A DNA stretch of 64,000 nucleotides from Escherichia phage VEc74. The notes beneath the pieces are model-generated. The model saw only the letters and a program-made list of their open reading frames with translations, was not told the DNA's origin and did not search any database. The stretch lies in the sequence record MT932213.1; one strand, 5' to 3'. The position numbers were made by a program, and so were the translations under genes. Of this stretch, positions 18,904 to 29,235 are shown in pieces (the stretch's first letter is position 1; the number at the start of each line of letters is the position of its first letter).

Positions 18904-20672
18904 AAAAGCCACAAGAAATGCAAACGATGCGTAGAAAAGTTATTTCAGATAATAAACCAACACAGGAAGCGGCTAAATCCGCTTCTAACACTTTATCTGG
19001 ACTTAATGATATATCTACGAAATTGGATGATGCTCAAGCTGCTTCTGAATTAATAGCTCAAACTGTCGAAGAAAAATCGAATGAAATAGTTGGAGCAATT
19101 GGTAACGTAGAAAGCGCAGTGAGTGATACTACTGCTGGTTCTGAGTTAATTGCTGAAACTGTTGAAATTGGCAACAATATTAATAAAGAAATAGGTGAAT
19201 CGCTCGGAAGCAAATTAGATAAATTAACAAGTTTACTAGAGCAAAAAATTCAGACAGCTGGAATTCAACAGACAGGAACCAGTTTAGCCACTGTTGAAAG
19301 CGCTATTCCTGTTAAAGTCGTTGAGGATGATACTGCCGAATCTGTGGGTCCTTTATTACCAGCTCCTGAAGCAGTTAATAATGATCCTGACGCTGATTTT
19401 TTCCCTACCCCTCAACCAGTTGAACCCAAACAAGAATCGCCAGAAGAAAAACAGAAAAAAGAAGCATTTAACTTAAAATTATCTCAAGCTTTAGATAAAT
19501 TAACAAAGACTGTTGATTTTGGATTTAAGAAATCTATTTCAATTAGTGATAAAATATCAAGCATGTTATTTAAGTACACCATCAGTGCTGCTATTGAAGC
19601 CGCTAAAATGACTGCAATGATATTGGCTGTTGTTGTTGGAATAGATCTGCTGATGGTTCACTTTAAATATTGGTCAGATAAATTTTCAAAAGCCTGGGAT
19701 TTATTTAATACTGACTTTACTAAATTCTCTAGCGAAACCGGAACATGGGGTCCTTTATTACAGAGCATCTTTGATTCTATTGATAAAATTAAACAACTTT
19801 GGGAAGCGGGAGATTGGGGCGGATTGACAGTAGCTATTGTTGAAGGGCTTGGAAAGGTTCTTTATAATTTAGGAGAACTTATTCAATTAGGTATGGCTAA
19901 ATTATCTGCGGCAATTCTTCGAGTTATTCCTGGAATGAAAGATACCGCTGATGAAGTAGAAGGAAGAGCGCTGGAAAATTTCCAAAATACTACAAATGCT
20001 TCTCTTAGCAAAGAAGATCAAGAAAAAGTTGCAAATTATCAATATAAAAGAATGAATGGCGATCTTGGTCCAATAGCAAAAGGATTAGACAAAATTGCGA
20101 ACTGGAAAACTCGTGCTTCTAACTGGATTCGTGGTGTTGATAATAAAGAAGCACTAACGACTGATGAAGAGAGAGCAGAGGAAGAAGAAAAATTAAAGCA
20201 ACTTTCTCCGGAAGAAGCTAAAATTGCTTTAATGAAAGCTAATGAAGCTCGTGCTGCTATGAATCGTTTTGAACAATATGCCGATTCAGCTGATATGAGT
20301 AAAGACTCAACAGTTAAATCAGTTGAATCTGCCTATGAAGACCTTAAAAAACGGATGGATGACCCGGATTTAAATAATTCACCGGCAGTTAAAAAAGAAC
20401 TTGCTTCTAGATTTGCTAAAATTGATGCTACTTATCAAGAGCTCAAGAAAAATCAGCCTAATGCCAAACCTGAAACTTCTGCTAAATCACCAGAAGCGAA
20501 ACAGGTTCAGGTGATTGAAAAGAACAGAGCACAGCAAGCTCCTGTTCAACAAGCATCTCCTTCAATCAATAATACTAATAATGTTATTAAGAAAAATACT
20601 GTCGTTCATAATATGACACCTGTCACAAGCACAACTGCTCCTGGTGTATTTGGCGCGACTGGAGTTAATTAA
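18900..20672 (+). CDS. 29: Baseplate hub / tail length determining protein gp29
   Basis: 590 aa, T4 size and synteny. Confidence 0.9.
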   Translation: MKKPQEMQTMRRKVISDNKPTQEAAKSASNTLSGLNDISTKLDDAQAASELIAQTVEEKSNEIVGAIGNVESAVSDTTAGSELIAETVEIGNNINKEIGESLGSKLDKLTSLLEQKIQTAGIQQTGTSLATVESAIPVKVVEDDTAESVGPLLPAPEAVNNDPDADFFPTPQPVEPKQESPEEKQKKEAFNLKLSQALDKLTKTVDFGFKKSISISDKISSMLFKYTISAAIEAAKMTAMILAVVVGIDLLMVHFKYWSDKFSKAWDLFNTDFTKFSSETGTWGPLLQSIFDSIDKIKQLWEAGDWGGLTVAIVEGLGKVLYNLGELIQLGMAKLSAAILRVIPGMKDTADEVEGRALENFQNTTNASLSKEDQEKVANYQYKRMNGDLGPIAKGLDKIANWKTRASNWIRGVDNKEALTTDEERAEEEEKLKQLSPEEAKIALMKANEARAAMNRFEQYADSADMSKDSTVKSVESAYEDLKKRMDDPDLNNSPAVKKELASRFAKIDATYQELKKNQPNAKPETSAKSPEAKQVQVIEKNRAQQAPVQQASPSINNTNNVIKKNTVVHNMTPVTSTTAPGVFGATGVN

Positions 20673-20680
20673 GGAATAAT

Positions 20681-21775
20681 ATGGCAATTGTTAAAGAAAT
20701 AACTGCTGATTTAATTAAAAAGTCTGGTGAGAAAATTTCAGCCGGACAGAGTACTAAATCGGAAGTAGGAACTAAAACATACACTGCCCAGTTTCCAACT
20801 GGGCGTGCTAGTGGTAATGACACTACAGGGGACTTCCAGGTAACAGATCTGTATAAGAATGGATTATTATTTACTGCATACAATATGTCATCTAGGGATT
20901 CTGGAAGTCTTAGATCGATGAGATCTAACTACTCTTCTTCATCTTCGAGTATTTTACGTACAGCAAGAAACACTATTAGTAGTACAGTATCAAAACTATC
21001 AAATGGATTAATATCAAATAATAATTCAGGAACAATAAGTAAAGCTCCTATCGCAAACATTCTTTTACCGAGATCTAAATCTGATGTTGATACATCATCA
21101 CATAGATTTAATGATGTTCAAGAAAGCCTTATCAGTAGAGGCGGAGGTACTGCTACTGGAGTGCTAAGTAATATTGCTTCAACCGCAGTATTTGGGGCGC
21201 TGGAAAGTATAACACAAGGTATAATGGCTGATAATAATGAACAGATTTATACGACAGCCAGAAGTATGTATGGTGGTGCTGAAAATAGAACTAAAGTGTT
21301 TACATGGGATTTGACTCCACGTTCAACAGAAGATTTAATGGCTATTATTAATATCTATCAATATTTTAATTATTTTTCTTATGGTGAAACGGGTAAATCT
21401 CAATATGCTGCTGAAATAAAGGGGTATTTAGATGATTGGTATCGTTCTACGTTAATTGAACCTTTATCTCCGGAAGACGCAGCTAAAAATAAAACACTAT
21501 TTGAGAAAATGACATCGAGTTTAACTAACGTTCTAGTAGTTTCAAACCCGACAATTTGGATGGTGAAAAACTTTGGTGCAACATCTAAGTTTGATGGAAA
21601 AACGGAAATATTTGGCCCATGTCAAATCCAGAGTATCAGATTTGATAAAACACCCAATGGTAACTTTAACGGATTAGCTATTGCTCCAAACCTCCCTAGT
21701 ACATTTACTCTCGAGATTACTATGAGAGAAATTATCACGTTAAACCGTGCTTCTTTATATGCGGGGACTTTTTAA
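20681..21775 (+). CDS. 48: Baseplate tail tube cap gp48
   Basis: 364 aa, T4 size and synteny. Confidence 0.9.
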   Translation: MAIVKEITADLIKKSGEKISAGQSTKSEVGTKTYTAQFPTGRASGNDTTGDFQVTDLYKNGLLFTAYNMSSRDSGSLRSMRSNYSSSSSSILRTARNTISSTVSKLSNGLISNNNSGTISKAPIANILLPRSKSDVDTSSHRFNDVQESLISRGGGTATGVLSNIASTAVFGALESITQGIMADNNEQIYTTARSMYGGAENRTKVFTWDLTPRSTEDLMAIINIYQYFNYFSYGETGKSQYAAEIKGYLDDWYRSTLIEPLSPEDAAKNKTLFEKMTSSLTNVLVVSNPTIWMVKNFGATSKFDGKTEIFGPCQIQSIRFDKTPNGNFNGLAIAPNLPSTFTLEITMREIITLNRASLYAGTF

Positions 21776-22740
21776 TGTATTCTTTAGAGGAATTTAATAA
21801 TCAAGCAATAAACGCAGATTTCCAACGTAATAATATGTTTAGCTGCGTTTTTGCAACAACTCCATCAACTAAAAGCTCTTCGTTGATAAGTTCAATTAGC
21901 AACTTTTCTTATAATAACTTGGGCCTAAATTCAGATTGGTTAGGATTAACTCAAGGCGATATTAATCAGGGAATTACCACGCTAATTACAGCTGGCACAC
22001 AAAAACTGATAAGAAAATCAGGGGTTAGTAAATATCTTATTGGTGCCATGAGTCAACGTACAGTTCAAAGTTTATTAGGCTCATTTACAGTTGGTACATA
22101 TTTAATTGACTTCTTTAACATGGCATATAACTCATCTGGATTGATGATATACTCTGTAAAAATGCCAGAGAATAGATTATCATATGAAACTGACTGGAAC
22201 TATAATTCTCCTAATATTCGTATAACTGGGAGAGAATTAGACCCTTTGGTTATTTCATTTAGAATGGACTCAGAAGCTTGTAACTATCGTGCAATGCAAG
22301 ACTGGGTTAACTCTGTTCAAGACCCAGTAACTGGATTACGTGCTTTGCCACAAGATGTCGAGGCAGATATTCAGGTTAATCTTCATTCTCGTAATGGATT
22401 GCCTCATACTGCGGTGATGTTCACCGGATGCATTCCAATATCAGTTAGCGCTCCTGAGTTATCATATGATGGAGATAACCAAATAACTACATTTGATGTT
22501 ACTTTTGCGTACAGAGTGATGCAGGCTGGAGCAGTTGATAGGCAAGCTGCGCTTGAATGGCTTGAATCTGCTGCTATAAATGGTATTCAAAGCGTTCTCG
22601 GAAATAGTGGAGGTGTTACTGGACTATCTAATTCGCTTTCACGACTCAGTAGATTAGGGGGAACTGCAGGAAGCATTTCAAACATTAATACTATGACAGG
22701 AATTGTCAATTCGCAAAGTAAAATATTAGGAGCAATATAA
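21775..22740 (+). CDS. 54: Baseplate tail tube initiator gp54
   Basis: 321 aa, T4 size and synteny; followed by hairpin terminator. Confidence 0.9.
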   Translation: MYSLEEFNNQAINADFQRNNMFSCVFATTPSTKSSSLISSISNFSYNNLGLNSDWLGLTQGDINQGITTLITAGTQKLIRKSGVSKYLIGAMSQRTVQSLLGSFTVGTYLIDFFNMAYNSSGLMIYSVKMPENRLSYETDWNYNSPNIRITGRELDPLVISFRMDSEACNYRAMQDWVNSVQDPVTGLRALPQDVEADIQVNLHSRNGLPHTAVMFTGCIPISVSAPELSYDGDNQITTFDVTFAYRVMQAGAVDRQAALEWLESAAINGIQSVLGNSGGVTGLSNSLSRLSRLGGTAGSISNINTMTGIVNSQSKILGAI

Positions 22741-22744
22741 CAAT

Positions 22745-22762
22745 GGGGACCGAAAGGTCCCC
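22745..22762. terminator. Bidirectional hairpin GGGGACC-GAAA-GGUCCCC between gene 54 and the alt operon
   Basis: Perfect 7-bp stem, GAAA loop, T-run follows on plus strand. Confidence 0.7.
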
Positions 22763-22768
22763 ATATTT

Positions 22769-23059
22769 TTATTTACGGAATGAAATGAAAGCAGCAACTG
22801 AAGCAACTAAACTGTCTTCAATATAAACTTCAATTTTTACCGGAGCTTCTGACTCAAATTTACCTGTTACTACACCCTGGAAAATACTTTCAGTCTGTTC
22901 TGGCTTTGAAAAATTTTCAGAAGGAAAAATTCCGAACTTTTTATCTGTTCCAAAAATTTTAATAAATTCATCGTAAACTGCTTCATTAAAAGCGTTATCA
23001 GCAGGAATAACGCCTTCAACTACAAGTTCTTGACCTAAAAAGCGCAAAGAAGATTTCAT
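22769..23059 (-). CDS. Hypothetical protein (alt-downstream ORF)
   Basis: 96-aa ORF with its own early-type promoter and SD GAGGA. Confidence 0.55.
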   Translation of the reverse strand: MKSSLRFLGQELVVEGVIPADNAFNEAVYDEFIKIFGTDKKFGIFPSENFSKPEQTESIFQGVVTGKFESEAPVKIEVYIEDSLVASVAAFISFRK

Positions 23060-23090
23060 TTTGTGTTCCTCATGTTATGTCAGTAAGACT

Positions 23091-23120
23091 ACTATAACAC
23101 AACATAAGGAACTTGTAAAC
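23091..23120 (-). promoter_or_regulatory. T4 early promoter (GTTTACA -35, N17, TATAGT -10), part of a repeated promoter/leader cassette
   Basis: Minus strand GTTTACA-17 nt-TATAGT; leader and GAGGA SD before 96-aa ORF; near-identical copy upstream of alc. Confidence 0.6.
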
Positions 23121-25177
23121 TACATTTTGAACTTTTTAGACATTCCGTTGATGTTAACCAAAGAAGCTAAGATTTGAGAAACTTCGTTTTCCTCTTCTTT
23201 TGATTCTTCTACAAGGAATTGATTAAATCCAACCATTGGACGAACTTCACCAGTTTCCATTAGATGGTCGCCATCATATACTGATTCTTCTAATTGTTCA
23301 GAAGGAGGAACGATTGTACCTTCGATTAGATACTTGTTATAAGCCGTTTCTTTCATAAAGTACGTACTTACTTTATTAATCTTCAGTAAAATTCCACGAG
23401 GTAGAATAACTTCAGCTTCTGATGGAAATCCTGATAAATGACCTGGAACGATAACTTTGATTCGCTCAGCTCCTTTAATTACCATACCCACGCTAGTTTC
23501 AGCATCTTCATTGGCATATGTAGAATGACTACCCATATGCATCAAATGTTCTGCATCAACGGAACCTTCTCCTTCACCAGAAAATACTGCGCCGGAATCA
23601 TCTAGAGCCATATAGTTTTTACCATGCTCACCGAAGATATTTGGTTTAAGCGATGTCGATACGAAGTTCTTGAAATAGAACATTTTGTTTTCAATGTTAT
23701 GACGCAAAGTTTTAAAGGTAACTTCTTGTCCACGGTAAAGTGTAGTTCCTGGAGGAAGAACTGAACCTTTAGCGAATGCAGAATCCAACGTCTCGATGTG
23801 CTTAATAGCTCGTTCCATATATTCTTCACGGGTAGAATCTGGTTTACCCAAAAGGAACGAGTTCATTTCAACATATGAATCTGCACAATAATCTTCAATT
23901 ACATCAGACTCAGCCTGAGTCAGTCCTTTTGGAGTTACTTCAGTACTTGCATATTCATATGCCTGAGCAGCAGATTCATTAATCAATTTATAAATGCCAT
24001 TCATGACAAATTGAATAATAGCTGTCTTTTCATCTGGCGTAGCATTAGAACCTTTAACCAAATCATTGATAATTTTCTTAATAACATCAAAGCTATTAGA
24101 AATATTAATGTCAGCAAGATCGCTTAAAATTTTATCAGTTTTATAATCAAAGAATTCTTTATTCTTTAAATATTCTTGAGAACCTTGATATGTTATATCG
24201 CTTTGCAACTTGATAGATGGATCACGTAAACGTGCATGGGCTAATGCAATATGATTTCGGAAGTTTTCTAGTTCATAATCGCTAGATTTAAAACGAGAAG
24301 CACTTCTCATACCACCAATAGCTCCTTTGTTGAAGTTTGAACCAATCTGAATAACGCCAGAGTTCATTGGTCCTTCTGCTTTATATACCGGAACTTTAGA
24401 TTCAAACTCTTGATATTTCTTAGCAGCGAAGCTATCACCCTGAAGTGAAGCATCAACAGTAGAATATTGAGCTTGTGCTGCTAATCGACGACTAATTTTA
24501 GTTTTCTGAATAACAGCTTGATCCGTGCGCTTATCATTTTCTAAAGCAATAGAAGCAGCAACAGCGACAGCTTTAGGAACAGCATTACCTGTTTTAACGT
24601 CTACATAAACATCACCGACCTTTGATTCAACTTTTGTGAATAACTCAGTTGAAATAGGAGGTACACCTGGAATGTCTTCTAAATTGGCATTTTTACGGTA
24701 AACCATAATATATGCGTACTTTTTATCATAGTCCCAGATTTCCTTTAAAAGAACATATCGACCTGCTCCTTTAGTACGTACTAAACGGTCAGCAATAACT
24801 TGCATTTGACGAGCTGCGCCATTTGTTTTACTTTTTAGTACGCGGAATAAGCATGCGTCGATTTTATACTGCTTCATTGTTTGAAGAGCAGTATCAAAAA
24901 CCGCATTAATGACGCCAATTGGATTTCCACCCAAGTTTCTAAGCTTAACCAGCGATAATTTCTCGTTGACGCCTATCATTACGATATGCATCATTTTGTC
25001 GCCTGGCTTAACGTTTTTATTTGTATCACCGCCAGAGGTGTATGTACAAAATCTAAATCCAGGAAGCACACTTTCTTCGCCGGCTTGAATAGCAAAAATT
25101 TGTGGTATTTTATGCTTAGGATTTAAGTTAACAACCGGCGCCGAAGCGCCGTCAAATAATTCTGTAATAAGTTCCAT
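23120..25177 (-). CDS. Alt-family mono-ADP-ribosyltransferase paralog (copy 1)
   Basis: 685 aa; N-terminus MELITELFDGASAPVVNLNPKHKIPQIFAIQ parallels adjacent Alt; ART motifs present (R in TLYRGQ, STS in FVSTSL, acidic EAEVILPRG). Confidence 0.8.
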   Translation of the reverse strand: MELITELFDGASAPVVNLNPKHKIPQIFAIQAGEESVLPGFRFCTYTSGGDTNKNVKPGDKMMHIVMIGVNEKLSLVKLRNLGGNPIGVINAVFDTALQTMKQYKIDACLFRVLKSKTNGAARQMQVIADRLVRTKGAGRYVLLKEIWDYDKKYAYIMVYRKNANLEDIPGVPPISTELFTKVESKVGDVYVDVKTGNAVPKAVAVAASIALENDKRTDQAVIQKTKISRRLAAQAQYSTVDASLQGDSFAAKKYQEFESKVPVYKAEGPMNSGVIQIGSNFNKGAIGGMRSASRFKSSDYELENFRNHIALAHARLRDPSIKLQSDITYQGSQEYLKNKEFFDYKTDKILSDLADINISNSFDVIKKIINDLVKGSNATPDEKTAIIQFVMNGIYKLINESAAQAYEYASTEVTPKGLTQAESDVIEDYCADSYVEMNSFLLGKPDSTREEYMERAIKHIETLDSAFAKGSVLPPGTTLYRGQEVTFKTLRHNIENKMFYFKNFVSTSLKPNIFGEHGKNYMALDDSGAVFSGEGEGSVDAEHLMHMGSHSTYANEDAETSVGMVIKGAERIKVIVPGHLSGFPSEAEVILPRGILLKINKVSTYFMKETAYNKYLIEGTIVPPSEQLEESVYDGDHLMETGEVRPMVGFNQFLVEESKEEENEVSQILASLVNINGMSKKFKM

Positions 25178-25180
25178 GAT

Positions 25181-27271
25181 TTATCCTTGAACGAACTTGT
25201 AAGGCATGTTTGTAATATCTATGCAAGACGCAATAATTCCAAGAGATGATTCTACTTTCTGTTTAACATTTGATGAAACAAATGATGCAAAGTCAACTCT
25301 ATCTTCTATATCACCTGTCATTGTAACCAATTCACCAGTTTCCATTAAATGGTCTCCGTCATAGATTACCGATTCAGTGAGTTCTTCTGTGGTCATAACT
25401 TCAGCTTGAATGAGTTTTGTATTATTAGACGTGGTTCCGTCATTATTAGAAGCATCAATTATTTTATTAACTTTGACCATCAATCCGCGCGGTAGAATAA
25501 CTTCAGCTTCTGTTGCTATTCCGAGACTTCCTGGATATACAACATTAACTTTATGAGCTCCATCAATTGCCCATCCTATTTGAACTTTAACGTATTCAGG
25601 ATTTTCTTTATACGCTCTTATTTCGTTTGGATTAATAGTTATTCCTTCTTCATTTTTATCAACTGTTAATTCATTACGAGCTTCTGGTTCTAAAAGACCA
25701 ATACCAGCATGTGTAATTCCAAAACGTCCAAAAATGATAGGAGTTAAAGAAGTAGATACAAAATTTCTGAAATAGAACACTTTATTTTTAACTAGTGCTT
25801 CGTATATAGGAGCAGTCATACTTTGAGCACGATAAACTGTAATGCCTTCCGGTATGCGGTCACCATTTTCAAAAGCTGAATCTAAATTATTTATAGCAGA
25901 TTCAATTTCTTTTTCACTCATTACATCATATCGTTCTGGATTGTAACGACCTAAAAGAAGATTATTAATGTCTGTATATCCTGAACCGCAATATTCTCTA
26001 ATGCCACGCTTTTGTGATGGAGTATATTTAGAACCATCACGGGCAATAGTAATATCAATCATTGGACCAGCACCAATTCCAGAAAAGCTATAAATCATTC
26101 GTTTGAGGAATTTAGTTTTTGCTGCATTCCAGGCATTTTTAGTTATTTCTCCCCAGACTTCATCTGGCTGCCCTTTACGAGTTTTATTATGTTTATCAAG
26201 CCAATTATCTTTATATTCTTCAAAGAGTTGATTAACAGCTGCTGCGTATTTCTCTAAACATTTTATTGAAGTAGTTGGTTCATTTTTAATCGCATTAAGA
26301 ATTACATCTTTAATTTTTTCAGAAACTTCATCAACCTCACTTTTTGAAAAGAATTTATATTCATAGTGAAGTTCATTTGCAGTTCCTTCAGCAATAATTT
26401 TTGCTGCCTTAGTTTTAGAAGCTAATGAATTAATTCCAAGCTTCATTTCTTCTGCTTCGGGAATTAAAGGAGCAGTAGCAGGTTTATTAAAATTAGCTGC
26501 GGTAGATTCATACTTCTGGAATAATTCACTTTCAAATCTAGAAGATTCTAATGATTGACTTTGCGCAATTGCTCTACGGGAAATTTTAACTTTAACGATT
26601 ACAGCTTGATCAGAACGTTTATCATTTTCTTGCGCAATAGATGCTGCAATTGCCTCATTTTTAGTTACTTGAGCTCCAGTATCTTTATTGATATAAACAT
26701 CACCGACCTTCGATTCAACTTTAGTAAAGAGTTCGGTACTAATTTCCGGAACTCCTGGAATGTCTTCTAGTGATACATTTTTGCGATGTATAAGAATATA
26801 TGCATACTTTTTATCATAATCCCAGAGTTCCTTAAGAAGGACGTATCTGCCACCTGAACGACTACGGATAAGTCTATCAGCAATAACTTGAATTTGTCGA
26901 GCTTGACCAGCAGTTTTAGACTTAAGAATACGGAGCATACAAGCATCAATTTTATATTGACGCATTGTTTGCATTGCAACAGTAAAAACTGAATTGATAT
27001 AATTAATTGGACTTGGACCAAGACCTTTCAATTTAGCAATTGAACCTTTAGCAGTTAATGTAAAAGGAACAATATGCATCATTTTATCGCCCATCTTTAA
27101 ATCACGATTAGTATCACCTCCAGATGTATAGGTACATAAACGAAAGCCTGGTTGTTCAATTGCATCATCAACGTGAACTGAAAAAATTTGCGGTATTTTC
27201 TTCTTTGGATTTAAGTTTGTAATCGGAAGAGTAGTATCTTCGTCAAATAATTCTGTAATGAGTTCCATCAT
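25181..27271 (-). CDS. alt: Alt mono-ADP-ribosyltransferase (virion-packaged, modifies host RNA polymerase)
   Basis: 696 aa; ART motifs (TVYRAQ, FVSTSL, EAEVILPRG); adjacent to ligase gene 30 as T4 alt; minus-strand late-promoter motif ~20 nt upstream. Confidence 0.85.
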   Translation of the reverse strand: MMELITELFDEDTTLPITNLNPKKKIPQIFSVHVDDAIEQPGFRLCTYTSGGDTNRDLKMGDKMMHIVPFTLTAKGSIAKLKGLGPSPINYINSVFTVAMQTMRQYKIDACMLRILKSKTAGQARQIQVIADRLIRSRSGGRYVLLKELWDYDKKYAYILIHRKNVSLEDIPGVPEISTELFTKVESKVGDVYINKDTGAQVTKNEAIAASIAQENDKRSDQAVIVKVKISRRAIAQSQSLESSRFESELFQKYESTAANFNKPATAPLIPEAEEMKLGINSLASKTKAAKIIAEGTANELHYEYKFFSKSEVDEVSEKIKDVILNAIKNEPTTSIKCLEKYAAAVNQLFEEYKDNWLDKHNKTRKGQPDEVWGEITKNAWNAAKTKFLKRMIYSFSGIGAGPMIDITIARDGSKYTPSQKRGIREYCGSGYTDINNLLLGRYNPERYDVMSEKEIESAINNLDSAFENGDRIPEGITVYRAQSMTAPIYEALVKNKVFYFRNFVSTSLTPIIFGRFGITHAGIGLLEPEARNELTVDKNEEGITINPNEIRAYKENPEYVKVQIGWAIDGAHKVNVVYPGSLGIATEAEVILPRGLMVKVNKIIDASNNDGTTSNNTKLIQAEVMTTEELTESVIYDGDHLMETGELVTMTGDIEDRVDFASFVSSNVKQKVESSLGIIASCIDITNMPYKFVQG

Positions 27272-27291
27272 ATCCTCTCTAGTGTTTATTC

Positions 27292-27299
27292 TATTTATA
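27292..27299 (-). promoter_or_regulatory. Late promoter motif (TATAAATA on minus strand) upstream of alt
   Basis: Forward TATTTATA ~20 nt upstream of alt ATG; consistent with late expression of a head-packaged protein. Confidence 0.55.
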
Positions 27300-27307
27300 A
27301 AATTAAA

Positions 27308-27319
27308 GGCCCGAAGGCC
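27308..27319 (-). terminator. Hairpin GGCC-CGAA-GGCC flanked by AAA/TTT
   Basis: Small palindromic hairpin abutting the stop of the 62-aa ORF. Confidence 0.35.
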
Positions 27320-27320
27320 T

Positions 27321-27509
27321 TTAATAATCTATAGGTAAGAGAGTACGATATATTTCAAACTTTGGACCTTTTTCATAAGCATCAAAAGTTTCTGTGAATT
27401 TATTATAAGCATATGCATCGATAAATTCAATCATGATTTGTGATACAGAAGTAGAAACATCTCCACCTTCTTTTTGAGCCACGACAATTGTTTCTAAGTA
27501 AGCTTTCAT
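27321..27509 (-). CDS. Hypothetical small protein between ligase and alt
   Basis: 62-aa ORF, start overlaps ligase stop (ATGA-type coupling). Confidence 0.5.
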   Translation of the reverse strand: MKAYLETIVVAQKEGGDVSTSVSQIMIEFIDAYAYNKFTETFDAYEKGPKFEIYRTLLPIDY

Positions 27510-28969
27510 AAACCAGTTACCTCATGAAAATCACCAAATACATCTTCGAACGTATTAGCTTTAGTTTTATCTTCGCGTAAACGAATCGCAATTGGAAGAA
27601 ATAATTTAACGTAATCAGTGCGGCCATCAGATTTTAACCAACCGTTGCATTCGCACTCTAGAATTTTTCCAATATAATAATTTTGGTTTTCCATAATGCG
27701 AGTACGGTCAAGTTCATGCGATTTTACACCGGCTTTATCTTTTAAGCCTGAACCAGCATTTACTTTAATTTTTCCACACTCTGACTCAAGAATAAATCCA
27801 CCTGCTTTAGTAGGGTCTTTACGGTGAGGATAAATTCCTACAATTTTTAAATCAACATCAATTACTTCTTTAAATTTATAGAGATTTTTTGAACGAGCAT
27901 TTTCCCATAATCCATCGATATTTTTGAGAATAATACCTTCAAGACCTTGGTCAATATACTTTTTATAAATTACCTTAGCTTCATCTAGGTTATTTACTAC
28001 CTGGTTTTCAATTAAAATTACTTTATCATATCCCGATGTCATTTGTTCTAGTTTAGAAAAACGTACATCATATTTCAAACGAAATGCTGGAAGACCGTAT
28101 ATTTCTACTAATGGAACATAATCCCAGACCTGAAACTTCATGCATTGTGCTTCTTTTTCTGAAATAGTTCCCTTTAAAGATTTATTGGCGATTCCATTAG
28201 AAGCAGTACGTGATTCAGCTACTTCAGCGAATTCTTTAACTTTACTGTTTTCAGGATGAGCATCAAAAAGAAAATCTAGGCCTTCTGGCTCCTTTTTAAC
28301 TTGCTCATGGTATACCAATTCGCCATCAATTAACACACCTTCTGGATGAATCTGGCGGGCTTCAGCGGTCATTTTGATTAACTCTTCTTTAAGAAGATCT
28401 AATCCTAGATATTCATTACCAGCTCGTGATAAAAGACGAACATCATCTAATTCATCGCCTCGGACTTCAGCAAAACACCGAGCTCCATCAGCTTTTAACT
28501 GCGCAAAAGCTGGAAACTTGATATTCTTACTAATGCCTTTTTCATCATAAGAACTTGCCAGCATTTGAGGTTGTTCAGGAATTAAACCTGGCCAAACTTT
28601 GTTTGCAATAGATACTGAAGCACCGCATTCAAGGTCTCGCATCATCACTCGACGCAAAACTTCAACATCATCTTTTTTACCATCGGTGATATATCCAGTT
28701 AATTCCTCAATTGCTGCATTTCCAGTCAATTTCCGAGTAGCTAATGTAAATTCAATGAAGTCAAGCATATCGGTAAGAGTCAACATTCCAAAACTCTGGG
28801 TAGCAATACCCGGTTTAGGCCATTTCTTGATATAATACTGTAACCCACGAGAATAAGTCAGACGATATACTCGTTTAAGCAATTCATTATCTTTATTCTT
28901 TTCAAGAATTGCTTGCTTCTGCTTAGTTGAACCAATAGATGCTATTTCGTTCAGAATTTTAAGAATCAT
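27506..28969 (-). CDS. 30: ATP-dependent DNA ligase gp30
   Basis: 487 aa, MILKILNEIASIGSTKQKQAILEKNKDNELLKRVYRLTYSRGLQYYIKKWPKPG... matches T4 DNA ligase; adenylation motif KADGAR. Confidence 0.97.
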   Translation of the reverse strand: MILKILNEIASIGSTKQKQAILEKNKDNELLKRVYRLTYSRGLQYYIKKWPKPGIATQSFGMLTLTDMLDFIEFTLATRKLTGNAAIEELTGYITDGKKDDVEVLRRVMMRDLECGASVSIANKVWPGLIPEQPQMLASSYDEKGISKNIKFPAFAQLKADGARCFAEVRGDELDDVRLLSRAGNEYLGLDLLKEELIKMTAEARQIHPEGVLIDGELVYHEQVKKEPEGLDFLFDAHPENSKVKEFAEVAESRTASNGIANKSLKGTISEKEAQCMKFQVWDYVPLVEIYGLPAFRLKYDVRFSKLEQMTSGYDKVILIENQVVNNLDEAKVIYKKYIDQGLEGIILKNIDGLWENARSKNLYKFKEVIDVDLKIVGIYPHRKDPTKAGGFILESECGKIKVNAGSGLKDKAGVKSHELDRTRIMENQNYYIGKILECECNGWLKSDGRTDYVKLFLPIAIRLREDKTKANTFEDVFGDFHEVTGL

Positions 28970-29235
28970 TGTTCATCCTTTAGAGTTTGGTTTACAGCTC
29001 TATTATAAATCAATTCATCATTAAGCTCAGTCAAAGACCTGTGGTACGTGGTTCTAACTTTATTTCCTTGCATCCAGTGCTTGACGTAAATGAAACCTTG
29101 CTCTACACATTTTTTAAAAATTCGTTCGTCTTTTTGAGCTCGGAATTCTGGATTGCATCTAAAAAATTGATTTACGTGACCGTAATCACGTGTAGTATTA
29201 CCTTCATTTTCATAAATAGTATGAACGACAAACAT
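28966..29235 (-). CDS. 30.1: Hypothetical protein 30.1
   Basis: 89-aa ORF, T4-syntenic. Confidence 0.6.
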   Translation of the reverse strand: MFVVHTIYENEGNTTRDYGHVNQFFRCNPEFRAQKDERIFKKCVEQGFIYVKHWMQGNKVRTTYHRSLTELNDELIYNRAVNQTLKDEQ

